64,000 nt of DNA. Origin: Tagaea sp. (GTDB taxonomy: Bacteria > Pseudomonadota > Alphaproteobacteria > CACIAM-22H2). The stretch covers positions 192,001 through 256,000 of the forward strand of contig CBDIIB010000003.1 of NCBI GenBank assembly GCA_965279525.1, given 5' to 3'. The translations under genes were made by a program, and so were the position numbers. How positions within the stretch are numbered: the stretch's first letter is position 1; every line of letters starts with the position of its first letter. The notes below the pieces were generated by a model, which saw only the letters and a program-made list of their open reading frames with translations, ran no database searches and was not told where the DNA came from. Of this stretch, positions 48,113-56,938 are shown piece after piece.

Positions 48113-49116
48113 TGCGAAAGGCGCGCCGGGAAGCGGAAACCTTCAGCCTTTCATTCCTCGACATCATCGCGTGCGGGTTCGGGGCAGTGATCCTGCTTCT
48201 GATCATGACGCTGGCATTCGAGCCGAGCACGATCCGGGAGGTGGTCAGGAATCTTGAAACAGAAGCCGCCCAGAGCCGAGCCAGCCGTGATTCGCTGAAC
48301 ACGGAACGTCAGGCCCTGTCGCGCGAATTGCAGCAGAAGCGGGACGACCTGTCCCGGATGCAGGCGCAGATCTCGTCGTTGAGTGCGGAGATGGATCGTG
48401 CCGACAGGCAATTCGGAACCGTCCGGGCAAGTGCCGAGACCAACGTCCGCATCGAGGAGCAGCTGAAGAACGTCCAGCAGTCGCTGACCGAAGAAATGCG
48501 CCGGCTGATGGGGCGCCCGGAGGAGCGGAAGCCCAACCTGGATGCGCCGATCGGCGGGATACCGGTCGATAGCGAATACATCATCTTCATCATCGACACG
48601 TCGGGAAGCATGAAGATCGGGGCCTGGCCGCTGGTCGTGCGCAAGGTGCAGGAAGTTCTCGAGGCCTATCCGAAGGTAAAGGGATTCCAGGTCATGAATG
48701 ATGTCGGGACGTATATGTTCCCGACATATGCCGGACAGTGGATTCCCGATACGCCCGGGCGCCGATCGGTGGTTCTGAGCCAGCTCCAGAACTGGAACAG
48801 CTTCAGCCGGAGCAACCCGGCACCGGGCATCATTCAGGCGATCAGGACGTTCTATCGCCCCGACCAGCCGACCAGTCTTTTCATCTTCGGCGACGACTTC
48901 AACGGCACGAGCATCGACGAAGTGGTCAATGTCGTCTCCCAAAGCAATCGCCGCGACGCGCAGGGAAACGTGCCGATCCGGATCCACACATTCGGGTTTC
49001 CGGTATTGCCTGTTTACACCAAGCAGATCGAGAATTTCACCCGCTTCGCCCACTTGATGCGAACCCTTGCGGAGCGGAATGCGGGAACTTTCGTCGGCTT
49101 GAACTCGGTTCGTTGA
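48109..49116 (+). CDS. ExbD/MotB-like TM + coiled coil + vWA domain protein 2
   Basis: MRKARRE, SFLDIIACGFGAVILL TM, coiled coil, IFIIDTSGSM, IFGDDF; GTGATG overlap. Confidence 0.85.
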   Translation: MMRKARREAETFSLSFLDIIACGFGAVILLLIMTLAFEPSTIREVVRNLETEAAQSRASRDSLNTERQALSRELQQKRDDLSRMQAQISSLSAEMDRADRQFGTVRASAETNVRIEEQLKNVQQSLTEEMRRLMGRPEERKPNLDAPIGGIPVDSEYIIFIIDTSGSMKIGAWPLVVRKVQEVLEAYPKVKGFQVMNDVGTYMFPTYAGQWIPDTPGRRSVVLSQLQNWNSFSRSNPAPGIIQAIRTFYRPDQPTSLFIFGDDFNGTSIDEVVNVVSQSNRRDAQGNVPIRIHTFGFPVLPVYTKQIENFTRFAHLMRTLAERNAGTFVGLNSVR

Positions 49117-49184
49117 CCTTCAGAGTCTCCGCAACTGATCCGTGCCCAGGGATTGAGAATTCACCGTTCGAACTTCTTTTCGGA

Positions 49185-49691
49185 CTAGGCGTGCTTGGGA
49201 ATTGAGATGCGGCCGTCCGCCTTCACTTCCTCCATCACGACATAGGTGCGCGTCTCGCGGATGTGCGGCACCTCGGCCAGCGCCCTGCCGAGAAAGTGAC
49301 GATAGGCCTGCATGTCGCAGACGCGCACCTTCAGCAGATAGTCGAACCCGCCGGCAACCATGTGGCACTCCGCGACCTCGACGAGCGCTTTCACCGCCTG
49401 CGAGAAGCGGTCGAACGCCTCATGCGAGGTGCGGTCGATCGCCACTTCCACGAAGACGACGAGACCGGCATCGAGCGGTACCGGATCGAGTTCGGCCCGG
49501 TAGCCGCGGATCACGCCGTCGCGTTCGAGCCGGCGCACGCGTTCGAGGCAGGGTGTCGGGCTGAGGCCGACACGCCTTGCAAGTTCGACATTCGTCAGGC
49601 GTCCGTCAGACTGGAGTTCGCCAAGGATCTGAAGGTCGATCGGGTCGAGACGCGTGCCGAGCAAGTTGGCCTCCGAATGCAGCGGAAACAA
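49185..49691 (-). CDS. putR: Lrp/AsnC family regulator (PutR)
   Basis: LDPIDLQILGELQSDGR, GLSPTPCLERVRRLE, GGFDYLLKVRV; divergent from putA. Confidence 0.88.
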   Translation of the reverse strand: MFPLHSEANLLGTRLDPIDLQILGELQSDGRLTNVELARRVGLSPTPCLERVRRLERDGVIRGYRAELDPVPLDAGLVVFVEVAIDRTSHEAFDRFSQAVKALVEVAECHMVAGGFDYLLKVRVCDMQAYRHFLGRALAEVPHIRETRTYVVMEEVKADGRISIPKHA

Positions 49692-49785
49692 CTAAAATAT
49701 CATATGAAAATAGCATGTTTCACTATCTTGACCAAAATATAAAGCGCGTTAACCTTGGAAAGTCTCATTCCATAGAGAACTAGTC

Positions 49786-52700
49786 ATGCAAAATCCCGAC
49801 ATTGCCGCATCGATCGGACCCAAACTGGCGGGGGAGGCCGATGTGCTCGAGCGGCTGCACGCGGCAGCGGTGCTGCCCGATGGTCATGCCGCCCGCATCG
49901 ATTCAGACGCGCAGGCGCTGGCCGGCCGGTTACGCGAGCGCGTGCCCGGACAGGTCGGCGTCGAGACATTCCTTGCCGAGTTCGATCTGTCGACCAACGA
50001 AGGCGTGGCACTGATGTGCCTCGCCGAAGCGCTGCTGCGCATCCCGGATTCCGCGACGATCGACGCACTCATCGGCGACAAGCTGGGAACGGCCGACTGG
50101 GACCGGCACCTCGGTCACGCGGACTCGGTGCTCGTGAACGCGTCGGCCTGGGGGCTCGCACTCACCGGCCGTTTCGTCGAATGGACCGGTCGCGAAAGCG
50201 GCGGGGCGGCCGAGCTGGTACGTCGCACGCTGGGCCGGCTTGGTGCGCCCGTCCTGCGCGGTGCCATCGAGGCGGCGATGCGCATCATGGGCCAGCAGTT
50301 CGTGATGGGCCAGACGATCGCGGCCGCTCTCGCCCGCGCGAAGAACGCCGGTCCGGGCTATCGGCATTCGTTCGACATGCTCGGCGAAGCCGCGCGCACG
50401 CAGGAGGATGCCGAGCGCTATTTCGAGAGCTATGCGGCCGCCATCACCGCGATCGCAGGTGCTTGCGCCGGCAAGGATCCGCATGCGAACCCGGGCATTT
50501 CGGTGAAGCTCTCGGCCCTGCACCCGCGCTATGAACCGACGAAGCGCGCCCGCGTGACAGGCGAGCTTGTTCCGCGCGTGGCGGCACTGGCGCGTCAGGC
50601 CGCGCAAGCAGGCATCAATTTCACGATCGACGCGGAGGAATCGGACCGTCTTGTCGTTTCGCTCGAGATCCTCGGCGAACTCGCGCGCGACCGGAGTCTC
50701 GCGGGCTGGGACGGACTGGGACTGGCCGTGCAGGCATACCAGAAGCGGGCATTGGGTACTGTCGGCTGGGTCGCGGAGCTCGCGCGCGCCAACCGGCGCC
50801 GCTTCATGGTGCGTCTGGTAAAGGGCGCCTATTGGGACAGCGAGATCAAATGGGCGCAGGAAAAGGGCCTCTCGGACTATCCGGTTTTCGTGCGCAAGGC
50901 CGCGACGGACCTTTCCTACCGTGCGTGTGCGGCAACGATGCTGCGTGCGCAGGACGCGATCTACGGCCAGTTCGCCACGCACAATCCGCGCTCGGCGCTC
51001 GAGATCCTCGCGATGGCCGGCAACCGCACCGATTTCGAGTTCCAGAAGCTGCACGGCATGGGCGACGGGCTCTACGACCTGCTCGCCGAACGGCTCGGCG
51101 AACGCTTCGCCGTGCGCGTCTATGCGCCCGTCGGCGCACACCGCGACCTGTTGCCCTATCTGGTCCGCCGCCTGCTCGAAAACGGGGCCAACACCTCGTT
51201 CATCCACCAGGTCGCCGACCGCGAGATCCCGCTCGCGCGCATCGTCGCCGACCCGGCTGCGGCCCTTGCCGCCGCCACGCCCTCGGTCCGTCCGCCCACG
51301 GCCCTCTTCGCCGACAGGGTGAACGCGCGCGGGCTCGACCTTGCCGACGATGCCTTGCGCGCACGCCTCGTGGCGCGCATCGCCGCCGACAGGGACGCCG
51401 CCGGTACCGGCGGCGTTCGCGAACCTGCCGATCCGCGCCGATCCGTCGGCGAATGCAGGAGCATGAACCAGGCCGAAGTCGCCGCCACCGTGGGCACGGC
51501 TGCGCGCGCCTTCGTCGACTGGCGCCGGATGCCGGTCGCAGAGCGTGCCTCGATCCTCGAACGTGCGGCTGGGCTTTTCGAGGCGAACGACCACGAGCTC
51601 ATGTCGCTGGTCGTTCGCGAGGGTGGGCGCACGATCCCCGACGCGCTTTCCGAACTGCGCGAGGCTGTCGACTTCCTGCGCTATTATGCGGGCCGCGCAC
51701 GGCTCGATTGCGGACCGGTCCAGCTGCCGGGACCGACCGGCGAGCGCAATACCTTGGCACTGGAAGGGCGCGGCGTGTTCGCTTGCGTCAGCCCGTGGAA
51801 CTTCCCGCTCGCCATCTTCGTCGGCCAGATCGCGGCCGCACTTGCCGCCGGCAACGCCGTCGTCGCCAAGCCCGCCGAGCAGACGCCGCTGACCGCCGCA
51901 CGCGCGGTGGCATTGCTGCACGCCGCCGGCGTGCCGGCCGATGTCCTGCAACTCGTCTTCGGCGGGCGCGAGACCGGTGCCACACTCGTCGGCGATCCGC
52001 GCATCGCCGGCGTGGCCTTCACCGGCTCGACCGCGACGGCCAAGTCGATCCAGCGCGCCCTCGCCGCGAAGGACGGCCCGATCGTCCCGCTGATCGCCGA
52101 GACCGGCGGCGTCAATGCCATGATTGCGGACAGTTCGGCGCTGACCGAGCAGCTTGTCAACGACGCGATCGTGTCGGCCTTCCAGAGTGCCGGTCAACGC
52201 TGCTCCGCCCTGCGCGTGCTTTTCGTGCAGGAAGACGCCGCCGACCGTACGATCGCGATGCTGCGCGGTGCCATGGCCGAACTCCAGATCGGCGATCCGG
52301 CAGACCCCGCGACCGATGTGGGTCCCGTGATCGACGCGGCGGCCAAGCGGATGCTCGAAGCCTATATCGACGAGAACCGTGCGCATGTCGTGGCGCGCGC
52401 GGCGCTGCCGGCAGGTCTCGGCGGCGGACATTTCGTGGCGCCGGTGGCGCTCGAGGTCCAGATGAATGCAGCACCCATGCACGAGATCTTCGGCCCGGTG
52501 CTCCACGTCGTGCGCTGGAAAGCGGACGCGCTCGACGACGTGCTCGCGCGCGTCGCCGCGACCGGCTATGGCCTAACGCTTGGTATTCACAGCCGCATCG
52601 ACGGGTTCCAGCGCCGCATCGCGGCCGCGCTGCCGGTCGGGAACGTCTACGTGAACCGCTCGACCATCGGGGCCGTTGTCGGCGTGCAACCCTTCGGCGG

Positions 52701-52839
52701 ACAAGGGCTGTCCGGGACCGGGCCGAAGGCAGGCGGTCCGTTCTATCTGCCGCGCTTCGCCGCCGAGAAGACAGTGTCGGTCAACACAGCCGCCGTCGGC
52801 GGCGACGTGGCGCTGATGGCGAGCGGCCGCACGTCCTAG
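49786..52839 (+). CDS. putA: Bifunctional proline dehydrogenase / P5C dehydrogenase (short PutA without RHH domain)
   Basis: EGVALMCLAEALLRIPD, SFDMLGE, VRLVKGAYWD, RRLLENGANTSF, ETGG, GQRCSALR, GTGPKAGG. Confidence 0.97.
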   Translation: MQNPDIAASIGPKLAGEADVLERLHAAAVLPDGHAARIDSDAQALAGRLRERVPGQVGVETFLAEFDLSTNEGVALMCLAEALLRIPDSATIDALIGDKLGTADWDRHLGHADSVLVNASAWGLALTGRFVEWTGRESGGAAELVRRTLGRLGAPVLRGAIEAAMRIMGQQFVMGQTIAAALARAKNAGPGYRHSFDMLGEAARTQEDAERYFESYAAAITAIAGACAGKDPHANPGISVKLSALHPRYEPTKRARVTGELVPRVAALARQAAQAGINFTIDAEESDRLVVSLEILGELARDRSLAGWDGLGLAVQAYQKRALGTVGWVAELARANRRRFMVRLVKGAYWDSEIKWAQEKGLSDYPVFVRKAATDLSYRACAATMLRAQDAIYGQFATHNPRSALEILAMAGNRTDFEFQKLHGMGDGLYDLLAERLGERFAVRVYAPVGAHRDLLPYLVRRLLENGANTSFIHQVADREIPLARIVADPAAALAAATPSVRPPTALFADRVNARGLDLADDALRARLVARIAADRDAAGTGGVREPADPRRSVGECRSMNQAEVAATVGTAARAFVDWRRMPVAERASILERAAGLFEANDHELMSLVVREGGRTIPDALSELREAVDFLRYYAGRARLDCGPVQLPGPTGERNTLALEGRGVFACVSPWNFPLAIFVGQIAAALAAGNAVVAKPAEQTPLTAARAVALLHAAGVPADVLQLVFGGRETGATLVGDPRIAGVAFTGSTATAKSIQRALAAKDGPIVPLIAETGGVNAMIADSSALTEQLVNDAIVSAFQSAGQRCSALRVLFVQEDAADRTIAMLRGAMAELQIGDPADPATDVGPVIDAAAKRMLEAYIDENRAHVVARAALPAGLGGGHFVAPVALEVQMNAAPMHEIFGPVLHVVRWKADALDDVLARVAATGYGLTLGIHSRIDGFQRRIAAALPVGNVYVNRSTIGAVVGVQPFGGQGLSGTGPKAGGPFYLPRFAAEKTVSVNTAAVGGDVALMASGRTS

Positions 52840-52922
52840 TCGGCGAGTTCGACCGGTTGGCTGTCCTGCGCTAGTCTGGGGCAGAATCGAAACGGGTCGA
52901 TCGAGGATTGGAAAAGTCTGAA

Positions 52923-53768
52923 ATGGCGTCGCAGGAACGTTTCTTTCTGGCCGGTGTGATGGGTTGGCCGGTGATGCACTCGCGCTCTCCCTTGCTGCAT
53001 GGGTATTGGCTCCGGAAGCACGGCTTTGCGGGTGCCTATGTACCGCTGGAGATCCCGATCGACGGGCTCTCCGCGGCCTTGCGTGCGCTTCCTGCCCTCG
53101 GTTTTTCAGGATGCAACCTGACGATCCCGCACAAGGTCGAGGCGTTGAAGATCCTCGATCGCGTCGACCCGCTGGCACGCCGGATCGGTGCCGCGAACTG
53201 CATCGTCGTCGGCCCCGACGGCTCGCTTGGCGGGTTCAACTACGACGGCTGGGGGTATGTCGAAAATCTCGTCGAGCGCGTTCCGGACTGGCGCGCGGAT
53301 GCCGGTCCAATCGTGGTCGTCGGGGCGGGTGGCGGGGCGCGAGCGATCATCGTCAGCCTGCTCGACCGGGGGGCACGCGACATCCGTCTCGTGAACCGGA
53401 CGCCGGATCGTGCAACGACGCTTGCAGCGCAGGTCGGCGGTCCGATCGTGGCCGTCGGCTGGGACGACCGCGGCCGCGCGCTCGATGGTGCGGCGATGGT
53501 CGTCAACACGACGAGCCAGGGAATGGTCGGCCAGCCGGCTCTCGACCTGCCGCTTGAAGCGCTTCCGAAAACGGCGCTCGTGTCCGACATCGTCTATACG
53601 CCGCTCGACACGCCGCTGCTGTTAGCCGCGCGCAAGCGCGGCAATCCGACCGTCGACGGTCTCGGCATGCTGCTGCATCAGGCGCGGCCGGCCTTCAAGG
53701 CGTGGTTCGGCGTCCTGCCCGAGGTGACGCCGGAACTACGCCAGTCGATCGAGGCGACGTTGAAGTAA
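52923..53768 (+). CDS. aroE: Shikimate dehydrogenase
   Basis: GWPVMHSRSP, NLTIPHK, GAGGGARA, DIVYTP, DGLGMLLHQA. Confidence 0.92.
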   Translation: MASQERFFLAGVMGWPVMHSRSPLLHGYWLRKHGFAGAYVPLEIPIDGLSAALRALPALGFSGCNLTIPHKVEALKILDRVDPLARRIGAANCIVVGPDGSLGGFNYDGWGYVENLVERVPDWRADAGPIVVVGAGGGARAIIVSLLDRGARDIRLVNRTPDRATTLAAQVGGPIVAVGWDDRGRALDGAAMVVNTTSQGMVGQPALDLPLEALPKTALVSDIVYTPLDTPLLLAARKRGNPTVDGLGMLLHQARPAFKAWFGVLPEVTPELRQSIEATLK

Positions 53769-53793
53769 GCGCGGCTGTGACGGCCGGCCGGGC

Positions 53794-54684
53794 TCAGAGC
53801 GTGCGGCTGAGTTCGCCGTATATTTCCGGACGGCGCTTGCGCAACTGGAACCAGGGGTTGGTCCGTGTCCGTTCGAACAGGACAGGATCGAGGTCGGCGA
53901 CGATCATCTGGTCCGAAATCGATGGCGTGGTGACCGCTTTCGGCAATCCGTCAGGGCCGAGCACATAGGCGCCGCCCACGTGGGTCGAGTGGCCGTCGAA
54001 GCCGACATGGTCGGAAAGGACGGCATAGACGCAGTTGGTGCGCGCCTGCACATCGTGGAATTTCATGCTCGGGAACGCCAGCAATTCCCGCTGTGCTGCC
54101 AGCACGGCAACTTCCGGCCTGTCGGCACCGGCGCCGTCGAAGGTCAGGGTTCCATCGGGCGCATTCATCTTTCGGATCGCGTGGGGCAGCAGGATGATTT
54201 CGGCGCCCATCAGCGCCAGGATGCGCCAGCTCTCGAAGAAGTCGCTGTCGTGGCAGATGGCCGTCGCGACCTTGGCGAAGCCGAGATCGAAGACCGACCA
54301 TTCATATGCCTGCCGGAAGACGAAGAACTCGTCGTACGACGCGTGTGTCTTGCGCTGGAGGCCGACAAGTCCGCCGGGGCCGACTAGCGCCTGCGTGTTG
54401 TAGTGCGTGCCGCGGTGCAGTTCGGCAAATCCGTACGAGACGAACACGCCACGCTCCGCGGCGCGCTTCGCGATGGTCGCGTAGATCGGGCCGTCGGCTG
54501 CTTGCGCGTCGCGCACGACCTCGGGACTGCCGTTATGTCCGGTGGCGGAAAGTTCGGGGAATACGACGAGGTCGGCACCCCTGGCTTTCGCTTCGTCGAT
54601 CAGGTCGAGATGGCGGGCGACATTCTCGGCCGTGGCCAGGTGACGGATATTCACTTGGACGGCGGCGATACGGGCGGCTTTCAT
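53794..54684 (-). CDS. Carbon-nitrogen hydrolase (nitrilase superfamily)
   Basis: Catalytic E-K-C in VFPE, QRKTH and AICHD. Confidence 0.9.
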   Translation of the reverse strand: MKAARIAAVQVNIRHLATAENVARHLDLIDEAKARGADLVVFPELSATGHNGSPEVVRDAQAADGPIYATIAKRAAERGVFVSYGFAELHRGTHYNTQALVGPGGLVGLQRKTHASYDEFFVFRQAYEWSVFDLGFAKVATAICHDSDFFESWRILALMGAEIILLPHAIRKMNAPDGTLTFDGAGADRPEVAVLAAQRELLAFPSMKFHDVQARTNCVYAVLSDHVGFDGHSTHVGGAYVLGPDGLPKAVTTPSISDQMIVADLDPVLFERTRTNPWFQLRKRRPEIYGELSRTL

Positions 54685-54718
54685 CGGATTTTTCCTCCGG
54701 TCGCCCGCCGTTCTATCG

Positions 54719-55477
54719 TCAGACCCACCCGCCGTCGACGATATAGTGTTGGTTGGTGCAGGCCGAAGCCTCGTCGGATGCCAGGAACAGGGTGAAGCGC
54801 GCAAGTTCATCCGGCTGGAGCCGCCGCTTGAGGCACTGGCGCGACATGAGTTCGGCTTCGGATGCCGGCGTCAGCCATTTCTCGATCTGGCGCTCGGTCA
54901 TGATCCAGCCGGGCGCGATCGCGTTGACGCGGATATTGAACGGGCCGTAGTCGCGGGCGAGCGAACGCGTCAACCCGAGGACTGCCGATTTCGACGCGGT
55001 GTAGACGGCCATGCCGCCCTGGCCGACCATCCAGGACGTCGATCCGAAATTGACGATCGAGCCGCCGCCGTTCGCCTTCATGTCGCCAAGTACGGCCTGT
55101 GCCGCGAAAAACTGGTGCTTCAGGTTGACCGCGATGCGCTCGTCCCAGTATTCCGGTGTGACGGTTTCGGTCGCGTGGCGCTCGTCGTGCGCGGCATTGT
55201 TGATGAGGATCGAGACCGGTCCCAGCGTGCTGCGGATTTCCGCGATGGCTTCGCGCAGGGCCGCGGTGTCGGTCAGGTCGACATCGCGAAAATGCGCGGC
55301 CTGGCCGGCCGACATGAGTTCCCCGGCGAGTGCGGCGCCTTTTTCCTTCTTGATGTCGAAGAAGGCGACAGTCGATTTCTGGCCGGCGAACCGGCGGACG
55401 ATCGACTCGCCGATGCCCGAAGCCCCGCCCGTGACGAGCACGACCTTGCCGGCCAGATCGGGATATGTGGCAGCCAT
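54719..55477 (-). CDS. SDR oxidoreductase, D-xylose 1-dehydrogenase (Caulobacter XylB)-like
   Basis: YPDLAGK, TGGASGIG, NNAAHDERH, YWDERIAVNL, YTASK, QCLKRR. Confidence 0.85.
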   Translation of the reverse strand: MAATYPDLAGKVVLVTGGASGIGESIVRRFAGQKSTVAFFDIKKEKGAALAGELMSAGQAAHFRDVDLTDTAALREAIAEIRSTLGPVSILINNAAHDERHATETVTPEYWDERIAVNLKHQFFAAQAVLGDMKANGGGSIVNFGSTSWMVGQGGMAVYTASKSAVLGLTRSLARDYGPFNIRVNAIAPGWIMTERQIEKWLTPASEAELMSRQCLKRRLQPDELARFTLFLASDEASACTNQHYIVDGGWV

Positions 55478-55490
55478 CTTGCTCCCCCTC

Positions 55491-55549
55491 CGCACCTCGA
55501 AAACGCAGTTGAAGGGTATATCTCAATAATTGAGTTGCGCACCTCGAAA
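55491..55549. promoter_or_regulatory. Candidate LacI-family operators in the divergent promoter
   Basis: Imperfect palindrome TGAGTTGCGCACCTCG (55531-46), a related TGAAGGGTATATCTCA 21 bp upstream, and direct repeat CGCACCTCGAAA at 55491 and 55538. Confidence 0.5.
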
Positions 55550-55608
55550 TTTCTCGGCAATGTTCCCGCCACGTCCGGCCATCGAATGCCGGCAATGGGG
55601 AGGATCGC

Positions 55609-56868
55609 ATGAACGCTTTCAATCGGTCGCTGATCGCCGCAGGTGCGCTGATGCTGTCGACCGGCAGCACGATGGCCCAGACGACGGTCAAATGGCTCCA
55701 TCTCGAGGTCAATCCGGCCCAGATCAAGATCTGGGAAGAGGTCGCGCGCGAGTTCGAGGCGAAGAATCCCGGCACCAAAGTCGAGATGCAGTTCCTCGAG
55801 AACGAATCCTACAAGGCGAAGCTGCCGACGCTGCTGCAGTCGAACGACCGCCCGCACATCATCTATTCGTGGGCCGGCGGCGTGCTGAAGGCCCAGGTCG
55901 AGGCGGGTGTCCTGCAGGACATCAGCGCGCAGATCGGCGATGTCCGCGACACGATCTCGCCCGCCGCACTCGCCGCCTTCACGCGTGATGGCAAGACCTA
56001 TGGCCTGCCGCACGCGCAGTCGCAGGTCGGCTTCCTCTACAACAAGGAACTGATGGCCAAGGGTGGCGTCGACGGGTCGACGATCAAGACCTGGGACGAC
56101 CTGCTCGGCGCGGTACGCAAGCTCAAGGCCGCCGGCGTCACGCCGATCACGGTCGGCGGCGGCGACAAGTGGCCGCTGCATTTCTACTGGACGAATCTCG
56201 CCGTGCGCATCGGCGGCAAGGCGGCGTTCGATGCGGCATTGCAGGGCAAGGACGGCGGCTTCGAGGGCGAGACCTTCCAGAAGGCCGGCGACTACATGAA
56301 GCAGCTCGTCGACCTGCAGCCGTTCCAGAACGGCTTCCTCGGCTTCAAGAACCCGCAATCGACGGGCTTCTTCGGCGACGGGAAGGCTGCGATGTCGCTG
56401 GTGATCAGCACCGTCTACCACCAGCAGAAGGCGCTGGCGGCCGACAAGGTCGGTATCCCTGACGACAAGCTCGGCTGGTTCGACTTCCCGACCGTCCCGG
56501 GCGGCAAGGGTGCGGCGAGCGACACGCTGGGCGGCATCAATGGCTGGCTGCTCACGCGCGGCGCACCCAAGGCAGCACTCGACTTCGTGAAGCACTTCGT
56601 CTCGAAGGATGTCCAGATGCGTCTGGCCGGCGCGAACTTCCTGATCCCCGTCGTCAAGGGGGCCGATGCCGGCATCAACAACGCCTTCATGCGCAACATC
56701 GCGCAGAACCTGGCGCGCTCGGGCTACCACCAGAACTTCTACGACCAGGATCTCGGGCCGTCGGTCGGCCGCGTCGTCAACGACGCGACCGCCGAGCTTG
56801 CCGGCGGCAGCATGACGCCGCGCCAGGTGGCCAAGGCCGTGCAGGACGCCTGGAAGCAGGGGAACTGA
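55609..56868 (+). CDS. Sugar ABC transporter solute-binding protein
   Basis: Signal peptide; ENESYKAKL, SWAGG, KTWDDLL, GGDKWP. Confidence 0.93.
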   Translation: MNAFNRSLIAAGALMLSTGSTMAQTTVKWLHLEVNPAQIKIWEEVAREFEAKNPGTKVEMQFLENESYKAKLPTLLQSNDRPHIIYSWAGGVLKAQVEAGVLQDISAQIGDVRDTISPAALAAFTRDGKTYGLPHAQSQVGFLYNKELMAKGGVDGSTIKTWDDLLGAVRKLKAAGVTPITVGGGDKWPLHFYWTNLAVRIGGKAAFDAALQGKDGGFEGETFQKAGDYMKQLVDLQPFQNGFLGFKNPQSTGFFGDGKAAMSLVISTVYHQQKALAADKVGIPDDKLGWFDFPTVPGGKGAASDTLGGINGWLLTRGAPKAALDFVKHFVSKDVQMRLAGANFLIPVVKGADAGINNAFMRNIAQNLARSGYHQNFYDQDLGPSVGRVVNDATAELAGGSMTPRQVAKAVQDAWKQGN

Positions 56869-56881
56869 GAACGATGTCGAA

Positions 56882-56918
56882 CGCGGGGAGGGGTACGATC
56901 CGACGGCTCCTCCCCGCG
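56882..56918 (+). terminator. GC-rich hairpin after the SBP gene
   Basis: CGCGGGGAGG ... CCTCCCCGCG 10-bp perfect stem. Confidence 0.55.
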
Positions 56919-56938
56919 GCCGACGGATTTCGCCGGCA

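Noticed and set aside
46202-49116. Zorya anti-phage system or ordinary TonB-ExbBD/Tol-Pal
   Set aside because: The A subunit has no long ZorA tail, the B-like subunits have vWA rather than OmpA or ExbD domains, and zorC/D/E, tonB, tolAB and pal are absent.
49930-52874. Very long alternative-frame ORFs (858 aa and 680 aa over putA; similar ones at 23139, 34980, 55273 and 62069)
   Set aside because: Shadow ORFs typical of high-GC DNA: Arg/Ala-rich, without motifs, and overlapping well-supported genes.
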